This document shows, in pieces, positions 17,532 through 25,905 of a DNA stretch of 55,687 bases. Each line of letters opens with the position of its first letter. Within the stretch, counting starts at the first letter, position 1. Under the pieces are notes generated by a model, which saw nothing but the letters and a program-made list of their open reading frames with translations, was not told the origin of the DNA and ran no database searches. The position numbers were made by a program, and so were the translations under genes. Source of the DNA: a virus (taxonomy: Duplodnaviria > Caudoviricetes); the IMG/VR virus record IMGVR_UViG_3300025410_000022, positions 1 to 55,687 of that record; one strand, 5' to 3'.

Positions 17532-18191
17532 TCACAAATTCATACCAATACCCATGGATAAAGTTGCCACCAGCCTGGGCTTGCCGGGGGTGGACTCATA
17601 CACATGCTTGCCCGTAAGGGAAAGGGACCCTTTTGAAACTTTGATGGTCGATGGCGCGGTGTAAGTGACGCGTTTGGGCGTCAGGGTTAGGGCCAACTTT
17701 ACGACCTTCACCGCCGGGGACGCTTTCACCGTGCGGCCAGCAAGGGACAACGCGCCTTTCAGGACCTTGTAGATTGTGGAATAAGTGGTCGCCTTGGGCG
17801 TAAGCGTCAGGCTCTTCTTGGCGACTTTGGCCGCGACCGCAGCGGTGGGTTTCTTGCCAGTGAGGGACAACGCGCCTTTGGAAACAGAAATTACAGACCC
17901 AGTATACGCGACGACCACAAGGTCTGGCGTCAGGGTTAGAGACCCGTGGGCTACCGTCACGGCGTTCCCGGTCTTAATGGCGCGAGGGGTCAACGTCAGC
18001 CCACCCTTGGAAGCTTTCAAGCTTGCCGAGGCGAACGCCTTATTATTGGTGATAGTGAAGGCAACCTTGGTTACCTTGAGACCCGCGGAAGCAAGGGCGC
18101 TTTTCGGGGCTAACCCGAACGAAGCATGAGCGACCGTCAACGCGGTGGGGGTGCCGCCGATCCAAATATTATTCGAATAAATGAGGAGCAT
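17532..18191 (-). CDS. Lys/Thr-rich repeat protein, probably structural
   Basis: About 8 degenerate V(S/A)KG(A/S)L(S/T)LT(G/P)K repeats. Confidence 0.7.
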   Translation of the reverse strand: MLLIYSNNIWIGGTPTALTVAHASFGLAPKSALASAGLKVTKVAFTITNNKAFASASLKASKGGLTLTPRAIKTGNAVTVAHGSLTLTPDLVVVAYTGSVISVSKGALSLTGKKPTAAVAAKVAKKSLTLTPKATTYSTIYKVLKGALSLAGRTVKASPAVKVVKLALTLTPKRVTYTAPSTIKVSKGSLSLTGKHVYESTPGKPRLVATLSMGIGMNL

Positions 18192-18209
18192 GGCGGCTTA
18201 CCCCACAGG

Positions 18210-18233
18210 AAAAGGGGCGGCTCTCGCCGCCCC
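18210..18233 (-). terminator. Rho-independent terminator
   Basis: GGGGCGGC-GAGA-GCCGCCCC-TTTT on the - strand. Confidence 0.75.
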
Positions 18234-18243
18234 AGCCCTACGA

Positions 18244-18915
18244 TTAGACCGGAACTTCAGTCCAGGTGACGCCAGCAACATAGGTCGGGGAGGTACCAGT
18301 ACCTTGCAGCAGGGGAGCCCAGAAGTATCCCGGCGGGATGATGATATCGCCAGCGGTTTCCTCGTCGTTACCGGGAACGCCCAGAGCCGAAGCCATTGCG
18401 GTGGCAAGGAAGCCAGGGCCGGTCAAGGGGCGAAGGGTGTTGACCGCCGATGACCCAGCGATGGCCGCGGCAGTGGTGACGGCCTGACCGCGAGCGGTCG
18501 AGGTGGCACCAGCCAGGAACCCATTGGTCAACGCGCCGTTGGTAAGGACCGAAGCGGTAGCCGTGATGCCTGTACCCCAGCCATGATACAGCGTACCGGC
18601 AGCGGGAGTACCACCCTGGAACTTGATGTATACGCGCTGGATGACAAGGTTCTTGGTGTTACCAGTGGGGTTCCACAAGCAGATGTTGAAAGTCGTACCG
18701 GAAGCCGCGCCGACCAGATTGCCTGTACCGACCGTGGCAACGGCGGAAAGGGTCAGGTGGAACGTGTTTTGGCGATAGGTCTGCTCATAAAAACGACCTT
18801 GAAGCTCGCTGACCACCACATCTCCTAGTTGTCCAGAACGAACCGGAGGAGTAGCAGCGGCTGAAAGAGAAGTACTGGTGGCTACGGGGCCAGATTGGGT
18901 TTGTAAAACAGGCAT
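18244..18915 (-). CDS. Beta-rich putative virion protein
   Basis: T/G/A-rich; LWNPTGNTKNLVI, DIIIPPG, WTEVPV. Confidence 0.7.
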   Translation of the reverse strand: MPVLQTQSGPVATSTSLSAAATPPVRSGQLGDVVVSELQGRFYEQTYRQNTFHLTLSAVATVGTGNLVGAASGTTFNICLWNPTGNTKNLVIQRVYIKFQGGTPAAGTLYHGWGTGITATASVLTNGALTNGFLAGATSTARGQAVTTAAAIAGSSAVNTLRPLTGPGFLATAMASALGVPGNDEETAGDIIIPPGYFWAPLLQGTGTSPTYVAGVTWTEVPV

Positions 18916-18928
18916 TTTCTAAATCCTT

Positions 18929-19966
18929 CTACAGAGAGTCAACGTAGGTGGGGTCGGCCCTCAATGTTGAGGGGTCATCCGGTTGTTGCTGCGAGAAGGT
19001 AGCCGTTACCTGTCCGTAAGAAACAACGCCGGAATTGAGGTTAATCTGGAGATTGTATATCTGGGTGTTGAGTATTTTCAACTCACGCAACACGTCCGTA
19101 AGGATGTTGATGGCAGTGCTGCCATCCTGTTGGTCAGACCACAGGACGGGCATTGCCCCAAGGTTTTGCGAACTTAACGATGAACCCGCTGCCGTGAAAC
19201 CTGAAAAAACTGTCTGCGGCCCCGTGACTTGGTTCACCGTCTGATTGACGTTGATGTTGGCGGGGTTGCCCGAGATGAGGTTGGTGACAGCGGAATTGCG
19301 AAGGTAAGCCATGCCGAAAGCGCGGCCAGAGGTGTAGGCAGTCGGGCGAATGATGAGCCACCGCGCCAAGGCGGGGAACACAAACACGCCGTTCGCCGTG
19401 GTAGTGGTCACAGTGCCCGCCGAACCGATCTGATAGGCAGATATGGCCGTCGCATTTTGCCCGTCGTTCGATGCATAGAAAGTGATCGTCCCCACCCAAG
19501 TCCCAGAGATTTGGACGGACACAGACTGATACCCCGTCGTATCAATGCGGAGCATGTCCCTATTGACTTCACCGGCGGCACCGAAAGTGCCCACCGTCGG
19601 GGATGGAGCGTCACTTAAAAACTGGGCACCCGAGGGGTCTTTCTTTAAATCAACATTCTGCGCCGACAGGTTGAGGCCCGTGCCTTGATAATCAAACAAG
19701 GCCGAGAAGAAGTCCGTCCCGGCAAAATCGCTGTTTGGATCAGGGGCTATAAACTGTGCCACCGGCCCGTCTGTGGACTGAGCATTAAGGAGCGTCGTGT
19801 CCTGCGTGGGCAGCGGGTTGGAGGGGGTTACCGGAGAAGGGGAGCCAGAAACGCCTTGAATGCCAGCATCCAATAGAACGACTTGGGTCTTGGACCCATC
19901 CGCCCGTTGGTAATCGGTGATGACATCACCACCCGTGCCGACGTTTAAGGTTGTGTTGTTGGACAT
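18929..19966 (-). CDS. Putative fibre/spike protein
   Basis: NTTLNVGTGGDVI N-terminus; VSVQISGTWVGTITFYASNDG beta-sandwich motif. Confidence 0.65.
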   Translation of the reverse strand: MSNNTTLNVGTGGDVITDYQRADGSKTQVVLLDAGIQGVSGSPSPVTPSNPLPTQDTTLLNAQSTDGPVAQFIAPDPNSDFAGTDFFSALFDYQGTGLNLSAQNVDLKKDPSGAQFLSDAPSPTVGTFGAAGEVNRDMLRIDTTGYQSVSVQISGTWVGTITFYASNDGQNATAISAYQIGSAGTVTTTTANGVFVFPALARWLIIRPTAYTSGRAFGMAYLRNSAVTNLISGNPANINVNQTVNQVTGPQTVFSGFTAAGSSLSSQNLGAMPVLWSDQQDGSTAINILTDVLRELKILNTQIYNLQINLNSGVVSYGQVTATFSQQQPDDPSTLRADPTYVDSL

Positions 19967-19975
19967 GCGCGCCCC

Positions 19976-20443
19976 TTACGTCAACGTGAAGATCGCGTTG
20001 CCAGTGTCGGTGTTGATTGTCAGCGTTCCCGCGACGTTACCGAACGTGGCAACCATATCGACGCAACAGATCAGAGGGCTGGTAGAATCAGACCCGCTTG
20101 AGGTATCCGCAAGGACGATGTACTCGGCGTTACTGAACCCGGAAGCCGACTGGGTGTAAGTGATCGAGGTACCAGACACGGTCACCACGCCAGACGAAGG
20201 GCTGGATACAGTCATGGAACCAAAGGATTGCCGCGAGTAGCCAGTGCCTGACACTTCATTGGAAGCAGGGACCAGATCGGAAACCCACTGAATGCCCGAG
20301 TCGCCTGTGTTGCTGGTTGGTACCACCGAAGGTGAAGTCTTGATCAGGATCACCTGGACGGCGGTGGCCGACGAAAAGTTCGTCGCGTTGCCGTTCAGAA
20401 TCCTGGGCTTGAACTTATTAAAGAAGGTCCACGTCGCCATCAT
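19976..20443 (-). CDS. Putative structural (tail/fibre-associated) protein
   Basis: FKPRILNG...NEVSGTGYSRQ...PLICCVD...AIFTL pattern. Confidence 0.65.
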   Translation of the reverse strand: MMATWTFFNKFKPRILNGNATNFSSATAVQVILIKTSPSVVPTSNTGDSGIQWVSDLVPASNEVSGTGYSRQSFGSMTVSSPSSGVVTVSGTSITYTQSASGFSNAEYIVLADTSSGSDSTSPLICCVDMVATFGNVAGTLTINTDTGNAIFTLT

Positions 20444-20766
20444 TCACCTCGGACTGTTTTGAGATAATTTGCCATATGCAATTCGTCGTTAGCGGCGTTC
20501 GGGTGGATGCGTTCATGGGCGGTTCTTTGCGCTTGCTTATCTTCAAGCTGGGTTTCCAGTTCAAGCCGTTCTTCGCTTGTCAAAGTGAGAACTGCCAACC
20601 GCGTTTGAATGTCTTCGATGGCCCCGGAAAGGAATTGGACCCACAAGCGGTGATGCTCTTCACCCTGGTCAACGATGGGGCCGACGTCATGCGCGACAAC
20701 CGGATCGGGGATCGGCGTAGAGGAGATGGTGACTTTGCCACCCAGCAGGCGTTGAAAGAGGCCCAT
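20440..20766 (-). CDS. Hypothetical coiled-coil protein
   Basis: Coupled ORF in the operon. Confidence 0.65.
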   Translation of the reverse strand: MGLFQRLLGGKVTISSTPIPDPVVAHDVGPIVDQGEEHHRLWVQFLSGAIEDIQTRLAVLTLTSEERLELETQLEDKQAQRTAHERIHPNAANDELHMANYLKTVRGE

Positions 20767-21017
20767 TAGTATAACCCCACAATATTTGAGCAGGACGTCC
20801 CTGTGTTGTACACCTGTGTGACCCGGATTGGAAGAAGCTGGCCCGTGGGCACACTGTAAAACGTCGCAGTGGTCCCATCGACAAACCCGACGGTGAGGTT
20901 ACCACTGCCACCCACATAAATACCGCGCACGACTTTCGACAGGGGAGTCGAGTCACTTGGCGTGATCGACAATGCCCCACCAGCGGGATCGGCTAACCCT
21001 GGATTTGCGCCCGACAT
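20766..21017 (-). CDS. Head spike base protein, RcGTA Rcc01079-like
   Basis: PA...ITPSDSTPL...RGIYVGGSGNLTV...TFYSVPTGQLLPIRVTQVYNTGT...IVGL follows the family pattern over the full length. Confidence 0.8.
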   Translation of the reverse strand: MSGANPGLADPAGGALSITPSDSTPLSKVVRGIYVGGSGNLTVGFVDGTTATFYSVPTGQLLPIRVTQVYNTGTSCSNIVGLY

Positions 21018-21677
21018 TTACGCCGCCTTAACACTGAAGGCCTGGGCAGTGGATGCCCCATAGACCGACAGTTGGAGGTTGGTAATGTACGAGGATTCCA
21101 TAACGAAGATACCGTTGGACGTCAGCGGGATCCCGCTGGTGGCCGAGGGCTTCGCTGACCCGATGGGGTCGCGAGGATCGTTGGTCATGTAGACATAGGG
21201 AGCGGTGACATACCCAGCCCCACCGTCGGTGATGGTCACCGAGGTCACGGCATTCGCCGCCAGAACAGCCAGCCCCTTGGCTACGCGGCCGGGGAGAATG
21301 TAGGCCGGATTGTCCGCGAAAATCTGCGGGGCGTTGAACTGGTTAATCGATTGACCGGGGGCCGGATAGCCTGGCGCACCGACACCGACGGGGTTGTTGG
21401 AGCCGCCGAGGCCACCGCCGCCAATGAACTGGACGATGGGCGGATAGGTATAGCCAAACCCAGCGTTGTTGATGGTTACCGAGGACACCGCACCGGACGA
21501 CAGGATCGCAGTGCCACGGGGGGCACCCAGTTCAAAGTACAGCGGGTTGGCCGAGAGGTTGGCAATCATCAGGTAGGACGTAATGACGCCCGCCGGAATG
21601 ACAAGCTGGGCAGTACCGCCCGTGGTGACTGCGCCGGTAAAGTCAAACAGCGGAGCCGGGAGATTAGGGACTGACAT
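21018..21677 (-). CDS. Putative decoration/spike protein with two VTSVT..GGxGY repeats
   Basis: GAVTTGGTAQ...YLMIANLSANPLY framework interrupted by the repeats. Confidence 0.65.
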   Translation of the reverse strand: MSVPNLPAPLFDFTGAVTTGGTAQLVIPAGVITSYLMIANLSANPLYFELGAPRGTAILSSGAVSSVTINNAGFGYTYPPIVQFIGGGGLGGSNNPVGVGAPGYPAPGQSINQFNAPQIFADNPAYILPGRVAKGLAVLAANAVTSVTITDGGAGYVTAPYVYMTNDPRDPIGSAKPSATSGIPLTSNGIFVMESSYITNLQLSVYGASTAQAFSVKAA

Positions 21678-21683
21678 GGCCGA

Positions 21684-21926
21684 TTACCCCTTCACCAAGA
21701 CGCCGACACCGAGGGTGCCTTTAATTGTGGGGTTCACGGCTTTGTCGCCCTGAGAGCAGCAGTGCCGGATCTCCTCGTTTTTGCGGATGACATTACCAAA
21801 AAGGTAGTCGTTACCCGCAGTCAAGTTGTCGGCAGCCGGGGGGTACTCCACTTGGGCGATGGGGATAATCACCCCGCCTTTGATCTTGGTCGCACTGCCC
21901 GAGCCGTGCATTCTGCCTTTAGCCAT
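21684..21926 (-). CDS. Hypothetical protein
   Basis: TAATG coupling; GGAGG RBS. Confidence 0.6.
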   Translation of the reverse strand: MAKGRMHGSGSATKIKGGVIIPIAQVEYPPAADNLTAGNDYLFGNVIRKNEEIRHCCSQGDKAVNPTIKGTLGVGVLVKG

Positions 21927-22351
21927 TACGCTTTCCTCCGGTGGACGAGGGTCGGCAGGACTATCAGAACTCCGTAAAGTCCGAGGCCGACGAGTTGATA
22001 TTCATTAGGCGATTGCATCGTGTCCCGCCACAGGACGATGCCGCCCAGGATGGCAAGTAAAGGAAGCAACCCAACGCCCAGAGCGATAGCCACACGTTCA
22101 GTGAGTACTTGAGTGGCTCGGGCCAATAGGGCGAGGATGGTTTCCAGGTTGGAGTTTGCGGTATCGGCATTTTTAGCGGTTTCCTGCTGCTGAGCGTTGG
22201 CGTGAACGATCAGGGAGCGGACGGCGGTCTGCAACTCTGTCACGTTCTTTTCCATCTGGGCGATGCGGCTATCGTCCACGGGGTAATCATCCGGCACCAA
22301 TTGCTCGGACAAAATCTTAACTCGACTGTTTACGGTACCCATCGAAGGCAC
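21926..22351 (-). CDS. Membrane protein (coiled coil plus two C-terminal TM helices)
   Basis: VAIALGVGLLPLLAILGGIVLW and LVGLGLYGVLIVLPTLV. Confidence 0.7.
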   Translation of the reverse strand: MPSMGTVNSRVKILSEQLVPDDYPVDDSRIAQMEKNVTELQTAVRSLIVHANAQQQETAKNADTANSNLETILALLARATQVLTERVAIALGVGLLPLLAILGGIVLWRDTMQSPNEYQLVGLGLYGVLIVLPTLVHRRKA

Positions 22352-22559
22352 TCCCTTGTACGGCGGCGGTTGGTTTCTGCTTGGACTTCTTTTCTTGCAT
22401 GGTGATCAACTTCTGGAAGATGTCCACCTTGATCTCGGTCGGCGTATCAGGGTCGAGGGCTTCAACCACCAGAATCTTGGCGACATCCTCAATAGCTTTT
22501 TCCAGGTCGAATGCATGGACCTGGGCGGGCGAAATCGGAAGGGCGGCGACCTTACTCAT
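22317..22559 (-). CDS. Hypothetical protein
   Basis: ATGA-coupled ORF in the operon. Confidence 0.65.
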   Translation of the reverse strand: MSKVAALPISPAQVHAFDLEKAIEDVAKILVVEALDPDTPTEIKVDIFQKLITMQEKKSKQKPTAAVQGSAFDGYRKQSS

Positions 22560-22699
22560 GCGGACCTACGCTGCTGCGGTTCATCAAGATGAAGTGCTGG
22601 CGACCACGGCCACCAACGACCCCTATGCTTTACATACCACACTCCGTCGGAACCTTTAACTGCGTTCTTGACAGGCGGCTTATCTTCGATGGCGAACAT
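22556..22699 (-). CDS. Small hypothetical protein, 47 aa (absent from ORF track)
   Basis: TAATG coupling upstream and ATGA downstream; MFAIEDKPPVKNAVKGSDGVWYVKHRGRWWPW... Confidence 0.6.
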   Translation of the reverse strand: MFAIEDKPPVKNAVKGSDGVWYVKHRGRWWPWSPALHLDEPQQRRSA

Positions 22700-25600
22700 T
22701 AGTTCCCCTCCCTGGCGCGTTCACGGGCGTCGTGCTTTTCCTTGAGCATGTCGCGGCGGGCGGCGGCCCTCTCTTCCGACTGCATGTCTCGTTCCGACAT
22801 GGACATGGACCGGGGTTTCGGCCGGATACCAAGCAACCGCTCTGCGGCCGTCAGTTTGGATTCCGGGTCGCGCTGCGAAATAGATTTAATAGTCATGGGC
22901 TCAAAGGCCCCTAAAATATGCTCGGCGTAAGCCTCAAACCAAGAAGGAGCGCCGCGTTCGCTGGCCCAGTTGCTGGTCTCATGGATGGAGTCTCCTTTCC
23001 AATCCCGGTTGGTTATGGTCTCAAATACCACACGGGGGAATGTAGAGAACTTACCTTCGACCGTTTCAATTGGGTTGCTCAGATAGGCGTAAACGTCCTT
23101 CATATAACCCGGCAACACGGCCTCTTCTTCATCACCGTTTGGTTTGACCCCGCCAGTGCGATAGGTCGCAACGCCGGTGGGGAGTTGCCCGGTCTTCAAA
23201 GCGGCGGCAACCGAAGTCAGCATCAACGTGGTGGCGGGGAGTGCAAGAGTGTACAGCGCCCGAGGTGATAGATTGGCGGCTTCCTGTTTAACCTTGCCGA
23301 TGGTAGGGCCGCCTTGCACCACCCGGCCCGCGGCTTCGCCAATATCTTTTGCGCCGCCGCCAATTTCGCGGAGCGTACCCAAGTCCCACCCAACGGCGCG
23401 CACCATAACCTGGAGGGTCTGCTTCAGCATTTTGTGCCAGAACACGTTGTCCATGTTCAATTCACCGAAACGGTTGTCGATGCTATCCACAATTTGCCGG
23501 GCAGCCGCCAGTTGCTCCTCATGGGGCGCGGCGGGATTGTTCTCCAGCCACTGCTGCATATGCTCAAACGCAGCACCGGCTTTAAGCTGCGGCACCAGGC
23601 TATCGAAAATCGGATGGGCGACGGTCTCCATCGTCCGGCCCCAGACGTTGGCAAATTGGCGGACCACGCCGGTAGGGGACCATCCAGAGAAAGGCTTCAT
23701 GCCGGTAAGCTGGCTCCCTTGCCCCGGTTTGGCGTCGTTCCACATCTCTTTCAATTCGCGCCCTAGCGACCCGCGCTTCCATGACTGCCAGAAAGACCCG
23801 GCGGCGGTGTTCTCAGTAGCGAAGGTTCGCATGTAGGCTTGACGGCCGCCAGCCAGGCGCATGTTGGCCCCGGTGAGGAGGTCGATGATCTGGTCGAATT
23901 GAGCGCCGCGCCCAGAAGGTCCGGTCTTTTTATAAGCCTCGATGACCTGGCCGCCGAGGGAGGTGTTCTTTCCGGCTAGCCCGCGCACTGTGTTACCCGC
24001 CACCTGGAGCGGGGCTTTGACGGCCGTGGTGACTGCGGCGCGGGTATCCCCCTTGAGGGCCAACCCAAGGGCTTGTGACATTTTGGAAACCAGGGCTTCG
24101 TTCACCATGGTGGCGACGTGAAATGCCGAGAAGCCCAATTCGGACATGGTCATAAAATTAGAGGCCTTGAGGAGATTGTCGTAAAGCTTGCCGCCGACTT
24201 CCCACTTATGCCACCCGGAACTAATAAAATTATTGTAGACGCGAGCGAACCCTTCCGGCGCATAGGCCTGGAGGTTGTGAAGTCCGCCGCTCTGCGCCAT
24301 GACGCCATCTAGGGGGGCCCAGCCTTGGTGCTGCGCGCCGGGCATGAACCGTTTGATAAGCCCTTCGTTCTCCCCCCGCTCGAACATCTCGATGGTATGG
24401 AGGTAACGATCCATGTTGGTGACGTAGAGCATGGTCTGTTCAAGCGGGTTGGCGGTGATCGGAGTAAAGCCCTGCTTGAGCCCTTCCAGAACGGTGGGGA
24501 TCGACCGCTTCTTGGTGGATCGGCTGCTACCTTCTTTGACATTGGCGAGCGCCCCTTTCTGCTGGGGGGCATAATCCTGCCAAAGGTGCTGGTAATACCC
24601 GTCGATGAAATTCGCCAGCGCCAACTTGTTCGTGGCTTCCGCACGGGTCCGGCGCTCTTGGTAGATCCGCTGCATCGCCTCGGCCACCGGGGCTAACTCC
24701 TGGTCGGCAAACGGCCCCTGGGTATTGCTCTCAATATGTTCAATCAGTTTGCCGAGGCGGGAAGAAAACGACGAACTTATGCCGTGCTGGATGTCCGCAA
24801 TATCCTTCTGGAACTCGGGTATCAGGGGTTCGATGATGCTCTGGAAGCGATCAATGATGGGCCCCCCGGCGCTGAACCGATTCGCCGGGACGCTGATTGG
24901 CTTATTCTTAGAGCCGACTTGTTCTAGGGTATGCGCGGCCTGCGCCGACGACCGTTCCGATTGCCCCAATAGTTCCCGCTTGATGGCCTCGGCCCGTTCC
25001 GCGGCAGGGTCCACCGTGGTGGGGGAAAAAACCTTCTCAAGCATGTCAGCGGCGGGCTGGAAGATCGCCTTGGTCTTCTCTCCAATGCCGGTGGCACCGG
25101 CGGCCCGCAACCCGGCAACGCCCGCTTTCTCGGCCGCAAACGGCACAGCAGTCCCGAGGACACCGGCGACATACGCTCCACCAACGTGGGCCGCATACTC
25201 TTTCAGACTACTAGGCTTGTTGGTGTTCCCTTCTTCGGCCATCGCGCCTGCAACAGAGATGGCGGGCTGAACGCCGAAAGCCTGGAACAGCATATCTTTA
25301 ACCGCATGGCCGAACGGAGTCGCTTTGAATGCCCCCATTGATACGCCAGCCACCATACCCTCGATGGCCGAACCGCGAGTGGCGCGTTGAAACGCCCCAT
25401 CAGGATCGCCGGGGGTCTGCTGGAGTTCTTTGGCGAAATTGGGCCCCAGGGATTGGACGGCCGTCATCACCGCAGCACCGGCACCGGCACCCACAGCCCC
25501 GGCAATCGGGCCACCGACCGAGGTCCCCATGGCCCCACCGATAGCCGCGCCGCCAATGGACGGCGCATTCTTCACAACATTATAGGTGGCCTTCTCCGCG

Positions 25601-25899
25601 GCGCGGATGGGGTGAACCAGGTCACTCAGTTCAAAGGGGGAAGAGGCGACGGTCTTCGGCTCCGGGGTCTCGTCGGGCTGGCCGACAACAGACTGCGCCG
25701 ACTGCTTCCATTCATGGGCCATATCGCGAAGCCCTTCGCCCACTGCGCCGGTAAAGCCGGAATCCCGCAGGGTGGACGGGTCTGAAGCCGGTTGCTGGGC
25801 GTTGATACCGTTGTCGCCCTGGGCTTGCTTCATACGCATCCGCGCCCTGGCGAGAGCCAGGGCTTGTTGTTGCTCAATGGTGAAACCCGCGTCGGCCAT
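22699..25899 (-). CDS. Large internal virion / DNA ejection protein
   Basis: 1066 aa; Gly/Ala hydrophobic segments; largest and last of three consecutive ejection-type genes. Confidence 0.75.
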   Translation of the reverse strand: MADAGFTIEQQQALALARARMRMKQAQGDNGINAQQPASDPSTLRDSGFTGAVGEGLRDMAHEWKQSAQSVVGQPDETPEPKTVASSPFELSDLVHPIRAAEKATYNVVKNAPSIGGAAIGGAMGTSVGGPIAGAVGAGAGAAVMTAVQSLGPNFAKELQQTPGDPDGAFQRATRGSAIEGMVAGVSMGAFKATPFGHAVKDMLFQAFGVQPAISVAGAMAEEGNTNKPSSLKEYAAHVGGAYVAGVLGTAVPFAAEKAGVAGLRAAGATGIGEKTKAIFQPAADMLEKVFSPTTVDPAAERAEAIKRELLGQSERSSAQAAHTLEQVGSKNKPISVPANRFSAGGPIIDRFQSIIEPLIPEFQKDIADIQHGISSSFSSRLGKLIEHIESNTQGPFADQELAPVAEAMQRIYQERRTRAEATNKLALANFIDGYYQHLWQDYAPQQKGALANVKEGSSRSTKKRSIPTVLEGLKQGFTPITANPLEQTMLYVTNMDRYLHTIEMFERGENEGLIKRFMPGAQHQGWAPLDGVMAQSGGLHNLQAYAPEGFARVYNNFISSGWHKWEVGGKLYDNLLKASNFMTMSELGFSAFHVATMVNEALVSKMSQALGLALKGDTRAAVTTAVKAPLQVAGNTVRGLAGKNTSLGGQVIEAYKKTGPSGRGAQFDQIIDLLTGANMRLAGGRQAYMRTFATENTAAGSFWQSWKRGSLGRELKEMWNDAKPGQGSQLTGMKPFSGWSPTGVVRQFANVWGRTMETVAHPIFDSLVPQLKAGAAFEHMQQWLENNPAAPHEEQLAAARQIVDSIDNRFGELNMDNVFWHKMLKQTLQVMVRAVGWDLGTLREIGGGAKDIGEAAGRVVQGGPTIGKVKQEAANLSPRALYTLALPATTLMLTSVAAALKTGQLPTGVATYRTGGVKPNGDEEEAVLPGYMKDVYAYLSNPIETVEGKFSTFPRVVFETITNRDWKGDSIHETSNWASERGAPSWFEAYAEHILGAFEPMTIKSISQRDPESKLTAAERLLGIRPKPRSMSMSERDMQSEERAAARRDMLKEKHDARERAREGN

Positions 25900-25905
25900 G
25901 GGAGT

